DNA from: Clostridiales bacterium
GTDB lineage: Bacteria; Bacillota; Clostridia; Clostridiales; Clostridiaceae
NCBI GenBank assembly: GCA_017889345.1
Contig: JAGHEJ010000039.1
Location: 2,147 to 34,146 of the forward strand
Reading direction: 5' to 3'
DNA: 32,000 nucleotides
Notes under the pieces: model-generated
Database searches by the model: none
Told to the model about the DNA's origin: nothing
Seen by the model: the letters and a program-made list of their open reading frames with translations, nothing else
Position numbers and translations under genes: made by a program
Shown here: one piece after another, positions 1-10,030 of the stretch
Layout: each line of letters opens with the position of its first letter
Numbering within the stretch: position 1 is the first letter of the stretch

Positions 1-186
1 AATACTTCTGGTGTACTTATTGGTGAGGCTAGTGTAGAATGTGTTTTGCCAAATTCAAAAATAACTATTATTTATGGAAGTAATTTGAGATTATACAATG
101 GTTTTACTGAAGGAGTTGGTTTTGAACCAGATATTTGGATTAACTCATATGATTCCCTAGATAGAGTTTTAAAATTTATAGATTAA
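1..186 (+). CDS. C-terminal fragment of an S41-family-peptidase-like protein (5' end outside window)
   Basis: Open frame from base 1 to TAA at 184-186: NTSGVLIGEASVECVLPNSKITIIYGSNLRLYNGFTEGVGFEPDIWINSYDSLDRVLKFID. The 'LIGE...LPNSKI...GVGFEPDIWI' pattern resembles the end of S41 peptidase domains. Confidence 0.5.
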   Translation, partial: NTSGVLIGEASVECVLPNSKITIIYGSNLRLYNGFTEGVGFEPDIWINSYDSLDRVLKFID

Positions 187-192
187 AAAAAT

Positions 193-219
193 AAGGACTT
201 AGATTAAATCTAAGTCTTT
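193..219. terminator. Bidirectional intrinsic terminator
   Basis: Inverted repeat aaggacttagat-taa-atctaagtcttt following stop at 186, flanked by A-run on the left and T-rich on the right. Confidence 0.7.
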
Positions 220-1101
220 ATTTATTACAACTCTCTAATTTCTTATTATACCTACCGACAATTTTAAATTTTTTACGTTTTATTATCCAATCTATAATTC
301 CAGATATAAAAGCAACTAAATATATAATGGAAAAATATTTTAGAGAATTCCAAAGAATAGTTTTAAAATCAGATTTCATTGGCTGCCTACTACCATGCAT
401 TTGCCCAGAATTTGAACCATTGTTCACTTTAGAAAATTCATCTCTATCCCTATGTTCTTCAAAATTATGTTTTTCAAATTCTTCATTATTAACATTCCCA
501 CCGTTTTGCAAAGCAAAATTTGAATTCTTTTCATTATGATTATATTGAATATTAAAAGGCATCGACAACCATCTTTTAAATGAAGTAGTCTCAATACTAT
601 AACAACCAAGTACAATCATTACAACTGTAATAAAAGCAAAAATAGAATCAAAAATCTTAGAACTTAAACGTGATGATTTTTTTAACACATCAATAATCAT
701 TATTCCATGAACTCCTAGATGAATACCCAATAAAACAATAACTAGAGCAGTACAAAAATAATGAACAACCTTCCAAATTCCCCCAACCGAAATATTAAAT
801 ACAATCTTACTTATAAAGATACCTGATATACAAATAAGTACAAAACAAATTAACAAAGCCAAATTAAGAAATCCACTAAACTTTAAATTTTTAGGCAATT
901 TTGAACTAAAAATTTTTTGCTAACATTAACAACCCAACGCCAATTTAAAACAATATGGATTAAAAACATTCCAAATATAACTAGACCTGCTATTTCATGA
1001 AAAACCAGACCAAAATTATTTTTCCTAATAAGTAATATAAATACAATAAGCATTACAAGATCAAGAAATAACTTTATTCCCAACATATTTCGCTTTTTCA
1101 T
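218..1101 (-). pseudogene. DUF4405-type membrane protein gene split by a single-base frameshift (ORFs 883..1101 and 218..898)
   Basis: N-terminal ORF (MKKRNMLGIKLFLDLVMLIVFI...HEIAGLVIFGMFLIHIVLNWRWVVNVSKKFLVQN) and C-terminal ORF (...PKNLKFSGFLNLALLICFVLICISGIFISK...LGIHLGVHGIMI) together form one DUF4405-like architecture. Adding one base in the A/T run at 908..918 would give NVSKKFFSSKLPKNLKFSGFLNLALL. Confidence 0.7.
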
Positions 1102-1217
1102 TTTTAACCTCCAATAATTACAACTTTCTTATTTCTTCCTCCAATATACTGAATTTACTTTAAAAATAGTTTAAAATTATAAACAAGATGAAAAATCTAT
1201 TAAAAGGAGTAAATAAA

Positions 1218-1586
1218 ATGAATATTTCAACAATAACAGAAAACGAAATAAACATAGCAATTGTTTCAAGTGATGAAAATTTAATAACTGATGCTCAATC
1301 AGCACTTGATTTAATCATGAGTGTGGAATATGAAACAAATTCTAATAGAATCGTAATTAATAAAGATAATATTTGTGAAGAATTCTTTATTCTTAGTTCT
1401 GGAATAGCAGGAGAAATTTTACAAAAATTTGTAAATTATGGATTTAAAATTGCAATTTATGGAGATTATTCAAAATATACAAGCAAACCATTAAAAGATT
1501 TTATATATGAAAGCAATCTAGGTCAAAATATATTTTTTGTAAATACAAAGAATGAAGCAATAGAAAGATTAAAATCAATTTCTTAA
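1218..1586 (+). CDS. DUF4180 domain-containing protein
   Basis: MNISTITENEINIAIVSSDENLITDAQSALDLIMSVEYE...GFKIAIYGDYSKYTSKPLKDFIYESNLGQNIFFVNTKNEAIERL; SD AAAAGGAGT upstream of ATG at 1218. Confidence 0.7.
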   Translation: MNISTITENEINIAIVSSDENLITDAQSALDLIMSVEYETNSNRIVINKDNICEEFFILSSGIAGEILQKFVNYGFKIAIYGDYSKYTSKPLKDFIYESNLGQNIFFVNTKNEAIERLKSIS

Positions 1587-1593
1587 AAAATCA

Positions 1594-1635
1594 AAAATTA
1601 AGCACCTATACCTTTCGATATAAGTGCTTAATTTT
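1594..1635. terminator. Bidirectional terminator between convergent DUF4180 gene and spoIVA
   Basis: aaaattaagcac ... gtgcttaatttt, 12-bp perfect stem between convergent genes. Confidence 0.75.
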
Positions 1636-1647
1636 AAAAATATAAGT

Positions 1648-3129
1648 TTATAGAATTATACAAATTAATCCGCCACTACCTTCATTAACAATTTTTTGTA
1701 ATGTTTTTTGGATTTTAGCTTGTACATCTTCTGGCATTTTATATAATTTATTTTGAAGTCCCTCTTTAACTAAAACTTCTAAACTCTTACCAAACATATT
1801 TGATTGCCACATACTTGATGGATCATTTTCAAATTGCTCAAGAAGTGATTTAACTAACTCTTCTGTCTCTCTCTCTGTTCCCATAATTGGAGAAATTTCT
1901 GTTTGAATATCTGCCTTTATTAAGTGAAGAGATGGAGCAGATGCTTTTAGTTTTACTCCGTAACGAGCACCTTGTCTTATTATTTCAGGCTCTTCAAATT
2001 TCATTTCAGAAAGTTGTGGAGCAACTAATCCATATCCAGTTTCTCTAACATCGTTTAATGCTCTTTCAACCTTATCATATTCAACTTTAGCTCTGTAAAG
2101 TTCTTTAATAAGTTCTAGTAAACGTCCCTCATCATTTATTTCTTCATTACAAATTTCACTTAAAACTTTAAAGAATATATTATTATGGATATTAAATTTC
2201 AATTTTGATTTTCCATTTCCAAGACTTGTTTCCATAACATCTATTCCACTTAAAAACTCGTCTCTTTCCGTAATATACTCAGCAATTTTTTCAATATCAC
2301 TTATTTTGTTTATATCTTGACTCATTTCTTTTATAAGAGTTATAAAATTTTGCTTTAACCAATGCTTAGAATCAAGACCATTTATCCAACTTGGTAAATC
2401 AATATGAAGTTCTTTTACTGGGAATTCTGTTAATACTTGTTTAAATAATTTCTCAATGCTATTCTCATCCATTTTTGCTATATCTATAGCAACAACTGGC
2501 ACATCATATTTTTCTTCAAGAGAAAGTCTTAACTCTTCAGTTTCTACAGTATTTGGATGTTTTGTATTTAATACTACAACAAATGGTTTGTTTATACTTT
2601 TTAGATCAAGTATAACTCTTTCCTCAGCTTCAACATAACTATCTCTATCAATTCCTGTGAATGATCCATCAGTAGTAACCACAACTCCAACAGTTGAATG
2701 ATCTGTTATTACTTTTCTTGTACCAATTTCAGCTGCTTCCTCAAATGGAATCTCCTCTTCAAACCAAGGTGTCTTTACCATTTTTGGAGAGTCTCCTTCT
2801 AAATGACCTAAAGCTTCATCGACTATGTATCCAACACAAACAACTAATCTAACTTTCAATTTTAAATTTTCATTGAAACTTATCTCTATTGCTTCGTTTG
2901 GAATAAATTTTGGCTCTGTTGTGTGAATGCTTTTTCCAGAACCACTTTGTGGTAATTCGTCTTTTGCCCTCTCCTTTTTAAATGTATTCTCAATTCGTGG
3001 AATTACCATCTTATCCATGAACGTTTTAACGAAAGTAGATTTTCCTGTTCTTACTGGACCAACAACTCCAATATAAATATCTCCTTGAGTTCTTTTTGCT
3101 ATATCTTCGTATATGTTTAAGTTTTCCAA
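1648..3129 (-). CDS. spoIVA: Stage IV sporulation protein A (spore coat morphogenetic ATPase)
   Basis: MENLNIYEDIAKRTQGDIYIGVVGPVRTGKSTFVKTFMDKMVIPRIEN...; Walker A GPVRTGKST typical of SpoIVA. TTG start at 3129 preferred because GGAGG lies just upstream; the ORF track extends to GTG at 3144. Confidence 0.95.
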   Translation of the reverse strand: MENLNIYEDIAKRTQGDIYIGVVGPVRTGKSTFVKTFMDKMVIPRIENTFKKERAKDELPQSGSGKSIHTTEPKFIPNEAIEISFNENLKLKVRLVVCVGYIVDEALGHLEGDSPKMVKTPWFEEEIPFEEAAEIGTRKVITDHSTVGVVVTTDGSFTGIDRDSYVEAEERVILDLKSINKPFVVVLNTKHPNTVETEELRLSLEEKYDVPVVAIDIAKMDENSIEKLFKQVLTEFPVKELHIDLPSWINGLDSKHWLKQNFITLIKEMSQDINKISDIEKIAEYITERDEFLSGIDVMETSLGNGKSKLKFNIHNNIFFKVLSEICNEEINDEGRLLELIKELYRAKVEYDKVERALNDVRETGYGLVAPQLSEMKFEEPEIIRQGARYGVKLKASAPSLHLIKADIQTEISPIMGTERETEELVKSLLEQFENDPSSMWQSNMFGKSLEVLVKEGLQNKLYKMPEDVQAKIQKTLQKIVNEGSGGLICIIL

Positions 3130-3234
3130 TCTAAGTACCTCCACAATTTTAAACTTAATCTATTAAATATATATTTTCTTTTTTTCCGTTTATTCCAAAT
3201 TAATATTTTTTGAAATAAATTTTTGCAAAATAAA

Positions 3235-3262
3235 ATTCCTATAGGAAAAATCCCATAGGAAT
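3235..3262 (-). terminator. Probable terminator downstream of gpsA
   Basis: Inverted repeat attcctat...ataggaat just after the gpsA stop, followed by a T-rich stretch on the minus strand. Confidence 0.55.
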
Positions 3263-3273
3263 AATTATGAAAA

Positions 3274-4272
3274 TTATAATTTCAATATTTCATCTTTTTT
3301 ATCTCTTGACATGAGCTTACTCTCTATTAAATTTAAATCTCTATTATTGAATAATACTTCGTATAAAGATTCTATAATTGGCACTTCTATATTTTTTTCT
3401 TTAGAAATTTCATAGAATATTTTACAAGCATTAACTCCCTCAACAACCATTCCAATTTGCTCAATAGCCTCATCTAATTTCTTACCTTTTCCAATTAATA
3501 AACCACATTGTCTATTTCTACTATGATCACTTAGACAAGTTACTATTAAATCTCCAATTCCAGTAAGTCCAAAAAATGTTTCAACATTTGCTCCAAGAGA
3601 AACTCCTATTCTTACAATGTCATGGAGGGAACGAGTCATTATAGCTGCATTTGAATTATCTCCATAACCCATTCCAGTTATAACTCCTACTGCTAAAGCT
3701 ATAACATTTTTTATAGCTCCACCAACTTCAACACCAATTATATCTGGATTAGTATAAATTCTAAGAACATCATTTGATAGAGTATCGCGAATTAACTCAG
3801 CGTATTTCATATTTTTTGAAGTTGAAACTAATGCTGTTGGTTTTTTAGATGCAATTTCTTCAGCATGACTTGGACCTGATAAAATTACAATTGGATTATT
3901 AGGCAATTCCTCTTCCAAAACTTCTGACAATCTTTTATGAGTATCTTTTTCAAAACCCTTTGCCAAACAAATAATTATACTTTTCTCGCTAACCTTATTT
4001 TTAATTTTTGAAGCCATATCTCTTATTGCCTGTGACGGCAATGAGAAAAATATTATATCACTATCACTTACTGCTTCATTTAAATCATTTGTGGCAACAA
4101 TTCCTTCTGGTATATGTATGTGTTTAAGGTATTTTATATTTTTACTTCCATTATTAATACCCTCAACCACATCTAAATTTCTATCAAACATTTTTATTCC
4201 AAAATTATATTTTGAAAAAATCACAGCCAAAGCTGTCCCAAAACTTCCACTCCCTAAAAATGTCAAATTCAT
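3274..4272 (-). CDS. gpsA: NAD(P)-dependent glycerol-3-phosphate dehydrogenase
   Basis: [22 protein letters not shown]..., ...LPSQAIRDM..., [37 protein letters not shown]. Confidence 0.97.
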   Translation of the reverse strand: MNLTFLGSGSFGTALAVIFSKYNFGIKMFDRNLDVVEGINNGSKNIKYLKHIHIPEGIVATNDLNEAVSDSDIIFFSLPSQAIRDMASKIKNKVSEKSIIICLAKGFEKDTHKRLSEVLEEELPNNPIVILSGPSHAEEIASKKPTALVSTSKNMKYAELIRDTLSNDVLRIYTNPDIIGVEVGGAIKNVIALAVGVITGMGYGDNSNAAIMTRSLHDIVRIGVSLGANVETFFGLTGIGDLIVTCLSDHSRNRQCGLLIGKGKKLDEAIEQIGMVVEGVNACKIFYEISKEKNIEVPIIESLYEVLFNNRDLNLIESKLMSRDKKDEILKL

Positions 4273-5591
4273 TCTTTATTTTTCCTTTCCTTATATTGTA
4301 TATCTATTCCTGTTCCCTCAAAATCAAAATTCTCTCTAATCTGATTATGTAGATATCTCGTATAAGAAAAATGCAGTGTAGATTCATCGTTTATAAAGAA
4401 TACAAATTTTGGAGGTTTAATATCAACTTGCGTACAATAATAAATTTTAAGTCTTTTTAGTCCAACAATTGGAGGCTCTTTTATCATTACAGCTCTTCCA
4501 ATAATATCATTTAAAACTCCTGTTTGTATTCTTCTTGAATAATTTTCATAACATTTCTTAGCTATCTTCAACACATTCTGAACTCTTTGTCCTGTTAAAG
4601 CTGATATAAATAAATATGGTGCGTATGTAACAAAACTAAGAGAATTTTGAATGTTTTTCTTGAATTCATTATACGTATTATTATCCTTCTCCACAACATC
4701 CCATTTATTTACTACGATCATGATAGCTTTATTTCTTTCGTGAGCATATCCAAGAATTTTTTCATCTTGCTCCGTAACTCCTTGAGTTGCATCTATAACC
4801 AAAATACAAACATCACATCTATCTATGCTGTATAAACTACGTATCGCACTATAATGTTCAACGTTCTCTTTTATTTTTGCTTTCTTTCTAAGACCAGCCG
4901 TATCTATTAAAATAAATTTGTCTTCACCGTCTTCAAAATATGTATCAATAGAATCTCTTGTTGTCCCTGCAACATCACTAACAATAGAACGAGTTTGTCC
5001 TAAGATTTTATTTATAAGAGAAGATTTTCCTGCATTTGGTTTTCCAACCACAGCAATCTTAATTGTATCATCTTCCTCTTGAGATTCATCAAATTCATCA
5101 AAATGTTTTACAACTTCATCGAGCATATCTCCAAGACCAAGAGCTTGAGTTGAAGAAATAGGAACTGGCTCTCCTAAACCGAATTCATAAAACTCATATA
5201 AATTCATTTCATCTTTCTTAGAATCAATTTTATTTACAGCAAGAACGATTGGCTTTTTACTTTTCCTAAGCATTCTAGCAACTTCTCTATCACCATCGAC
5301 CAAACCTGCTTTACCATCTAAAACAAAAATTATAACATCAGCGGTTTCAATTGCAAGCTCACTTTGAATACGCATATTTTTAAACATATCATCATTTGTC
5401 TTAAGCTCAATTCCACCTGTATCAATCATTGTAAATTTATATTTAAGCCACTCAGCATCTCTATAAATTCTATCTCTAGTAACTCCTGGTGAATCATCAA
5501 CTATCGAAACTCTATCTCCAACAATTCTATTAAACAATGTAGACTTACCTACATTGGGACGTCCAACTATTGCAACAATTGGTTTTTTCAT
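4269..5591 (-). CDS. der: Ribosome biogenesis GTPase Der (EngA)
   Basis: Two GTPase domains (GRPNVGKST and GKPNAGKSS), C-terminal KH-like domain. Start [13 protein letters not shown] at 5591 preceded by GGAGGAGC; the 28-aa N-terminal extension in the ORF track is probably not translated. ATGA overlap with gpsA. Confidence 0.97.
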   Translation of the reverse strand: MKKPIVAIVGRPNVGKSTLFNRIVGDRVSIVDDSPGVTRDRIYRDAEWLKYKFTMIDTGGIELKTNDDMFKNMRIQSELAIETADVIIFVLDGKAGLVDGDREVARMLRKSKKPIVLAVNKIDSKKDEMNLYEFYEFGLGEPVPISSTQALGLGDMLDEVVKHFDEFDESQEEDDTIKIAVVGKPNAGKSSLINKILGQTRSIVSDVAGTTRDSIDTYFEDGEDKFILIDTAGLRKKAKIKENVEHYSAIRSLYSIDRCDVCILVIDATQGVTEQDEKILGYAHERNKAIMIVVNKWDVVEKDNNTYNEFKKNIQNSLSFVTYAPYLFISALTGQRVQNVLKIAKKCYENYSRRIQTGVLNDIIGRAVMIKEPPIVGLKRLKIYYCTQVDIKPPKFVFFINDESTLHFSYTRYLHNQIRENFDFEGTGIDIQYKERKNKE

Positions 5592-5659
5592 TACTGCTCC
5601 TCCGCTTAACTTTATAAATAAAATATAAAACAAGTATAACATATTTGAAACAAAAAAAT

Positions 5660-5683
5660 AAACCAGCGTATACACACTGGTTT
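5660..5683 (-). terminator. Intrinsic terminator downstream of phoU
   Basis: Minus-strand aaaccag-tgtgtatacg-ctggttt followed by ATTTTTTTG. Confidence 0.75.
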
Positions 5684-5689
5684 GTAAAA

Positions 5690-6346
5690 TTACTCACGCA
5701 ATCTTCTCTTAAAAAATTCTCCTGATTTTAAATACATTATGTTTTCACAAATATTGTTTATGTGATCTCCTGCTCTCTCAAAGAATTTGATCATAAATAA
5801 AGTTTGAACTCCAATTGCATTACTTATTTGTCCATTATTCATTTGATTCATTACATTTGTGAAAAGATCATAATATTTGCTGTCTATCGCTTCATCGCTT
5901 TCATATATTTCAATAGCTTTCTTCTTATCATTATTTATATAAGCTTCAACAACTTCTGTAATCATTTTTCTTATTACTCCTGAGAAATACTCAGCAATTT
6001 TATAATCTAAATGTTCATCTTCAGGAATATACATAGAAACTTTTGCAAGGTCAACTGCATAATCACCAATTCTCTCTAAATCTTGTATTACTTTAATTGA
6101 AGTAAATAGTCTTCTTAAATCACTTGCAAGAGGAGTTTGTGTTGCAATGAGTTTTAAACATTTATACTCAATTTCTTCTTTAAGTAAATCAATCTTATCG
6201 TCATCTTCAATTATAATTTTTGCAAGCTCAGTATCCTTGCTTTTTAATACGCTTTCAGCTTTTTCAAACTGACCAACAACAAGATTACCAAGTTCAACCA
6301 AAGCTTCATTCAATTCATTTAATACTTTTTCAAATTTTTCACGCAT
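5690..6346 (-). CDS. phoU: Phosphate signalling complex protein PhoU
   Basis: [26 protein letters not shown]..., [26 protein letters not shown]..., [22 protein letters not shown]. Confidence 0.95.
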   Translation of the reverse strand: MREKFEKVLNELNEALVELGNLVVGQFEKAESVLKSKDTELAKIIIEDDDKIDLLKEEIEYKCLKLIATQTPLASDLRRLFTSIKVIQDLERIGDYAVDLAKVSMYIPEDEHLDYKIAEYFSGVIRKMITEVVEAYINNDKKKAIEIYESDEAIDSKYYDLFTNVMNQMNNGQISNAIGVQTLFMIKFFERAGDHINNICENIMYLKSGEFFKRRLRE

Positions 6347-6367
6347 AACAAAACCTCCTTTTTTATT

Positions 6368-7120
6368 TTATCCAAATCTACCAGTAATATAATCTTCTGT
6401 CAACTTATTAGATGGATTTTGGAATATCTTTTCCGTTTTATCCATTTCTTTAAGTTCTCCATTTAAAAAGAATGCTGTATAATCAGAAATTCTTCCTGCT
6501 TGTTGCATGTTATGAGTTACGATAACTATCGTATATTTCTTTCTTAGCTTTGTTAAAAGTTCCTCAACCTTCATTGTTGAAATTGGATCAAGAGCTGATG
6601 TCGGCTCGTCCATTAATATAATTTTTGGTTGAGTAGCAAGACAACGAGCAATACAAAGTCTTTGTTGTTGTCCTCCTGATAAATTGTAAGCACTTTTCTT
6701 AAGATCATCTTTAACCTCATCCCAAAGAGCAACATCTCTAAGTGTAGTTTCAACAAGCTCATCTAAAACTTTTTTATCTCTTATTCCATAATTTCTTGGA
6801 GCGAAAACTATATTATCATAAATAGATTTTGGAAATGGATTTGGCTTTTGGAAAACTAATCCAACATCTTTTCTAAGTAAAACAACATCTTGCTCTTTTA
6901 TATCTTTTCCATCTAAAAGAATTTTTCCAGTATATCTTGCATAGTCAAACATTTCATTCATTCTGTTTAAATTTCTAAGAAATGTTGACTTACCACATCC
7001 AGATGGTCCTATTAAAGCTGTAACTTTATTTTCATAAATGTCCATGTTTATATCAAACAAAGTTTGTTTTTGTCCATAATAGAAATTTAAATTTTCAACC
7101 TTTATAATAGCCTTTTTCAT
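6368..7120 (-). CDS. pstB: Phosphate ABC transporter ATP-binding protein
   Basis: [48 protein letters not shown]. Confidence 0.97.
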   Translation of the reverse strand: MKKAIIKVENLNFYYGQKQTLFDINMDIYENKVTALIGPSGCGKSTFLRNLNRMNEMFDYARYTGKILLDGKDIKEQDVVLLRKDVGLVFQKPNPFPKSIYDNIVFAPRNYGIRDKKVLDELVETTLRDVALWDEVKDDLKKSAYNLSGGQQQRLCIARCLATQPKIILMDEPTSALDPISTMKVEELLTKLRKKYTIVIVTHNMQQAGRISDYTAFFLNGELKEMDKTEKIFQNPSNKLTEDYITGRFG

Positions 7121-7143
7121 TGATTATTCCCTTCCATCACCTA

Positions 7144-8031
7144 TTAATCGTATTTTTTCTCAAATTTCTTCCTTATAATAATGGCTAAAATATTAAACAT
7201 AAAAACAATTATCAATAACACAATTATTCCTGAAGAAGCTAGTTCTTGAAACGCAACTTCTGGTCTTGATGTCCAGTTATAAATTTGTATTGGTAAAACT
7301 GTAAATCCATCTAAAATATTTTGAGGTAAAAACCTAACAAAAGTTGCAGCTCCAACTACAATAAGTGGAGAAGCTTCTCCAATTGCACGAGCTAAAGCAA
7401 GTATAATTCCCGTAGAAATATTTGATACTGCACAAGGAATGACAACTCCTTTAATTGCTTGCCATTTTGTTACCCCTAGAGCCAATGCTCCCTCATAAAA
7501 AGAGTATGGAACAGTTTTTATTGCTTCTTGTGAAGAAATGATTATTGGAGATAAAACTAATAATGATAAAGTTAATGCTCCTGAAAGAATACTTGATCCA
7601 AACATAAAGAATTTAACAAACACACCTAGCCCCAATATACCGTAAACAATCGCTGGAACTCCTGCTAAGTTTTGAATATTTAATTTTATAAACTCTGTTA
7701 ACTTTGTTGGTTTTGCATATAATTCAAGATAAATTGCTGTACCAATTCCAAGAGGAACAGAAATCAAAATAGTTAGAATTAAAATATACAAACTTCCAAC
7801 TATTGCTGGTAAAATTCCTGCCTTTGCAGGTCTACTTGAAGTATAGCTTGTTAAAAACTGCCAGTCCAAATTTTTAAGTCCTTTTGAGAATATTTGAATC
7901 AATAAAGCAACTAGAAAAATAATTCCAATAGATGTTGCTATTATTGTAATAATTTTCAAAGCCTTCTCTTTAACTTTTCTCTTTTTCAGATTGGTCTTCA
8001 TAATCTCTTCATTAAACAACTCTTTTTCCAT
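7144..8031 (-). CDS. pstA: Phosphate ABC transporter permease PstA
   Basis: SRPAKAGILPAIVGSLYILILTILISVPLGIGTAIYLELYA..., AIGEASPLIVVGA; position between pstB and pstC. Confidence 0.95.
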   Translation of the reverse strand: MEKELFNEEIMKTNLKKRKVKEKALKIITIIATSIGIIFLVALLIQIFSKGLKNLDWQFLTSYTSSRPAKAGILPAIVGSLYILILTILISVPLGIGTAIYLELYAKPTKLTEFIKLNIQNLAGVPAIVYGILGLGVFVKFFMFGSSILSGALTLSLLVLSPIIISSQEAIKTVPYSFYEGALALGVTKWQAIKGVVIPCAVSNISTGIILALARAIGEASPLIVVGAATFVRFLPQNILDGFTVLPIQIYNWTSRPEVAFQELASSGIIVLLIIVFMFNILAIIIRKKFEKKYD

Positions 8032-8051
8032 TTTTATACTACCCTTCTACC

Positions 8052-8918
8052 TTATAATTTATGTTTGCTTTTATTTATAATTTTTCTTGCAACAATGTTT
8101 AAGATTAATGTTAAAAAGAATAATATAGCTCCGCAGACAAAAATAGTTTTATACTCAATAGAATTGTAGGAAACATCTCCCATACTCACATTCGCCATGT
8201 AAGTTGTTAGAGTCTGAACGCTTTTCAATGGATTTACATTAAGCAATGGATTGCTTCCAGATGCTATTGCAACTACCATCGTTTCTCCAATAGCTCTCGA
8301 AATTGCCAAAATAAATGATGATATAATCCCTGATTTAGCTGCTGGAATTAAAACTTTTGCCGTAACCTCATACTTCGTGCTTCCAAGAGCATACGCCCCT
8401 CTCTTTATTGAACCTGGAACACTTCTTAAGGCATCTTCACTTAATGATGCAATCATTGGTATAATCATTATTCCAATTGCAATCCCAGCACTTAGGGCAT
8501 TATATATCTCCAAACTATGTATAAATGTTTTAAGTAACGGTGTAATAAATGTAAGAGCAAAGAAACCATAAACAACTGACGGAATAAATGCTAGTATTTC
8601 TAAAATTGGTTTTAAAAAGCTACGTACTTTTTTAGACGCATACTCACTTAAATAAACAGCTATTAATAATCCTAAAGGTATTGCGATAACACAAGATATT
8701 ACAGCTATCATTATTGTTCCAATTATTAAAGTCATTATGTTATAAGTTGGTTTGCTAAGTAATGGATTCCAAGAATCTCCTTTAAATAGATCAAAAAAAC
8801 TTACTTCTTTGAAAAAATCTTTAGCTTCAAATAATAATAGTACGACTATTGCTACAGTTATTAGTATGGATATCATTGCAAAAATCTTTAATACAAATTC
8901 GATTAGCTTTTCCTTCAC
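8052..8918 (-). CDS. pstC: Phosphate ABC transporter permease PstC
   Basis: WNPLLSKPTYNIMTLIIGTIMIAVISCVIAIPLGLLIAVYLSEYA..., SRAIGETMVVAIASGSNP. Confidence 0.95.
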   Translation of the reverse strand: MKEKLIEFVLKIFAMISILITVAIVVLLLFEAKDFFKEVSFFDLFKGDSWNPLLSKPTYNIMTLIIGTIMIAVISCVIAIPLGLLIAVYLSEYASKKVRSFLKPILEILAFIPSVVYGFFALTFITPLLKTFIHSLEIYNALSAGIAIGIMIIPMIASLSEDALRSVPGSIKRGAYALGSTKYEVTAKVLIPAAKSGIISSFILAISRAIGETMVVAIASGSNPLLNVNPLKSVQTLTTYMANVSMGDVSYNSIEYKTIFVCGAILFFLTLILNIVARKIINKSKHKL

Positions 8919-8941
8919 TTAATAAATCCTCCCAAATATTA

Positions 8942-8972
8942 AACTGAAATTACAATTTTGTAATTATCAGTT
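8942..8972 (-). promoter_or_regulatory. Strong intergenic stem-loop between pstS and pstC (possible attenuator / mRNA 3' stabiliser)
   Basis: aactga-aattaca-attt-tgtaatt-(a)-tcagtt: about 13 bp with a single bulge and 4-nt loop; no strong T-tract on the minus strand. Confidence 0.6.
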
Positions 8973-8981
8973 ATAAAAATT

Positions 8982-9884
8982 TTATTTAAGATCCTCTAAT
9001 TGAGAATTGTAATTTTCTTGAGTTAATGGTACAAGGTTTACTTCACTTGCAAGTGAAAAAACATTTGTTAGATAAAAAGTTAAAAATGCGTTTATCTCAG
9101 GTCTTGATAAATCATTTCTATCATAATAAATAAATAATGGTCTCGCTAATAAATAACTTTCATCATTTATGGTTTCTGGAGAAGGAGCAACCCCATCAAT
9201 CGAAACTAACTTTACTTTGTCTTTGTTAGCTTCATAATAACTATATCCAAAATATCCAATTGCATATTTATCTTCGCTTACACCTCTGATTAATATGTTG
9301 TCATCTTCACTTAAAATTGCATCTTCTCTTTGAGATTTAGCTTCATGGTTTACAACCTCTGTAAAAAATTCAAAAGTTCCTGATGCTGTACCTGGAGTAT
9401 AAACTTTTATCTTTTCTTTTGGGAATCCTTCTCTAACATCGCTCCAATATATTGCAGGATCTTCTTGTCTAAAAATATGGTTTAATTCCTCATGAGTTAA
9501 ATCAGTTGCAAAATCATTTTGTGGATTAACTACAACAGAAATTCCATCACTTGCAACAACTAATCTCCCAACATCTATTCCATTTGATGTAGCTTTTTCA
9601 AGTTCTTTATCTTTAATTTCTCTTGAAGCATTTACTATATCAATATCTCCATTAGAAAATTTTTGAAGTCCTCCACCTGATCCAGACTCACCAATAGAAA
9701 CTCTTACTCCTCGTTCTACATCTGAGAATTCTTCAGCAACAATTTCTGTTATTGGATATACAGTGGACGAACCGTCAATAACTATATTTCCTTTTAAACC
9801 TGATCCAGAATTACTTGAACCACAGGACACAAATGTGAAAAATAATAATCCTATGGAAAATAATCTAGCCAAACGTCTATTCAT
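8982..9884 (-). CDS. pstS: Phosphate ABC transporter substrate-binding lipoprotein
   Basis: MNRRLARLFSIGLLFFTFVSCGSSNSG lipobox; IDGSSTVYPITEIVAEEF, SGSGGG, NASREI, YTPGTASGTFEFF. Start at 9884 rather than 9911. Confidence 0.95.
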   Translation of the reverse strand: MNRRLARLFSIGLLFFTFVSCGSSNSGSGLKGNIVIDGSSTVYPITEIVAEEFSDVERGVRVSIGESGSGGGLQKFSNGDIDIVNASREIKDKELEKATSNGIDVGRLVVASDGISVVVNPQNDFATDLTHEELNHIFRQEDPAIYWSDVREGFPKEKIKVYTPGTASGTFEFFTEVVNHEAKSQREDAILSEDDNILIRGVSEDKYAIGYFGYSYYEANKDKVKLVSIDGVAPSPETINDESYLLARPLFIYYDRNDLSRPEINAFLTFYLTNVFSLASEVNLVPLTQENYNSQLEDLK

Positions 9885-9917
9885 AAAATTTCCCCCTAAA
9901 ACACTTTTCAATCTAAT

Positions 9918-9959
9918 TGTAAAATATGTTGGTTAAATTAATATTTTATAAATGTTAAA
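9918..9959 (-). promoter_or_regulatory. Candidate PhoP-binding repeats upstream of pstS
   Basis: Minus-strand TTTAACA (9959-9953), TTTAACC (9937-9931; 22 bp, i.e. 2 x 11, from the first) and TTTTACA (9924-9918; 13 bp from the second, an imperfect fit). Confidence 0.4.
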
Positions 9960-9996
9960 TCTAGATTAAATATTCTAAATTCATTACTAAAAAAAT

Positions 9997-10030
9997 AAGC
10001 AAGGTAATTTGTAATCAAATTATCTTGCTT
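9997..10030 (-). terminator. Terminator at the 3' end of phoR
   Basis: Minus-strand aagcaagataattt-gattac-aaattaccttgctt followed by ATTTTTTTAG. Confidence 0.75.

Noticed and set aside
424-615. 63-aa minus-strand ORF inside the DUF4405 C-terminal half
   Set aside because: Alternate frame of the same gene region with no signature.
3150-3230. Possible sigma-E promoter upstream of spoIVA
   Set aside because: AT-rich sequence allows only weak matches to the sigma-E -10 (CATACAAT-like); not supportable without TSS data.
8251-8571. 106-aa plus-strand ORF inside pstC
   Set aside because: Antisense shadow of pstC; no independent family signature.
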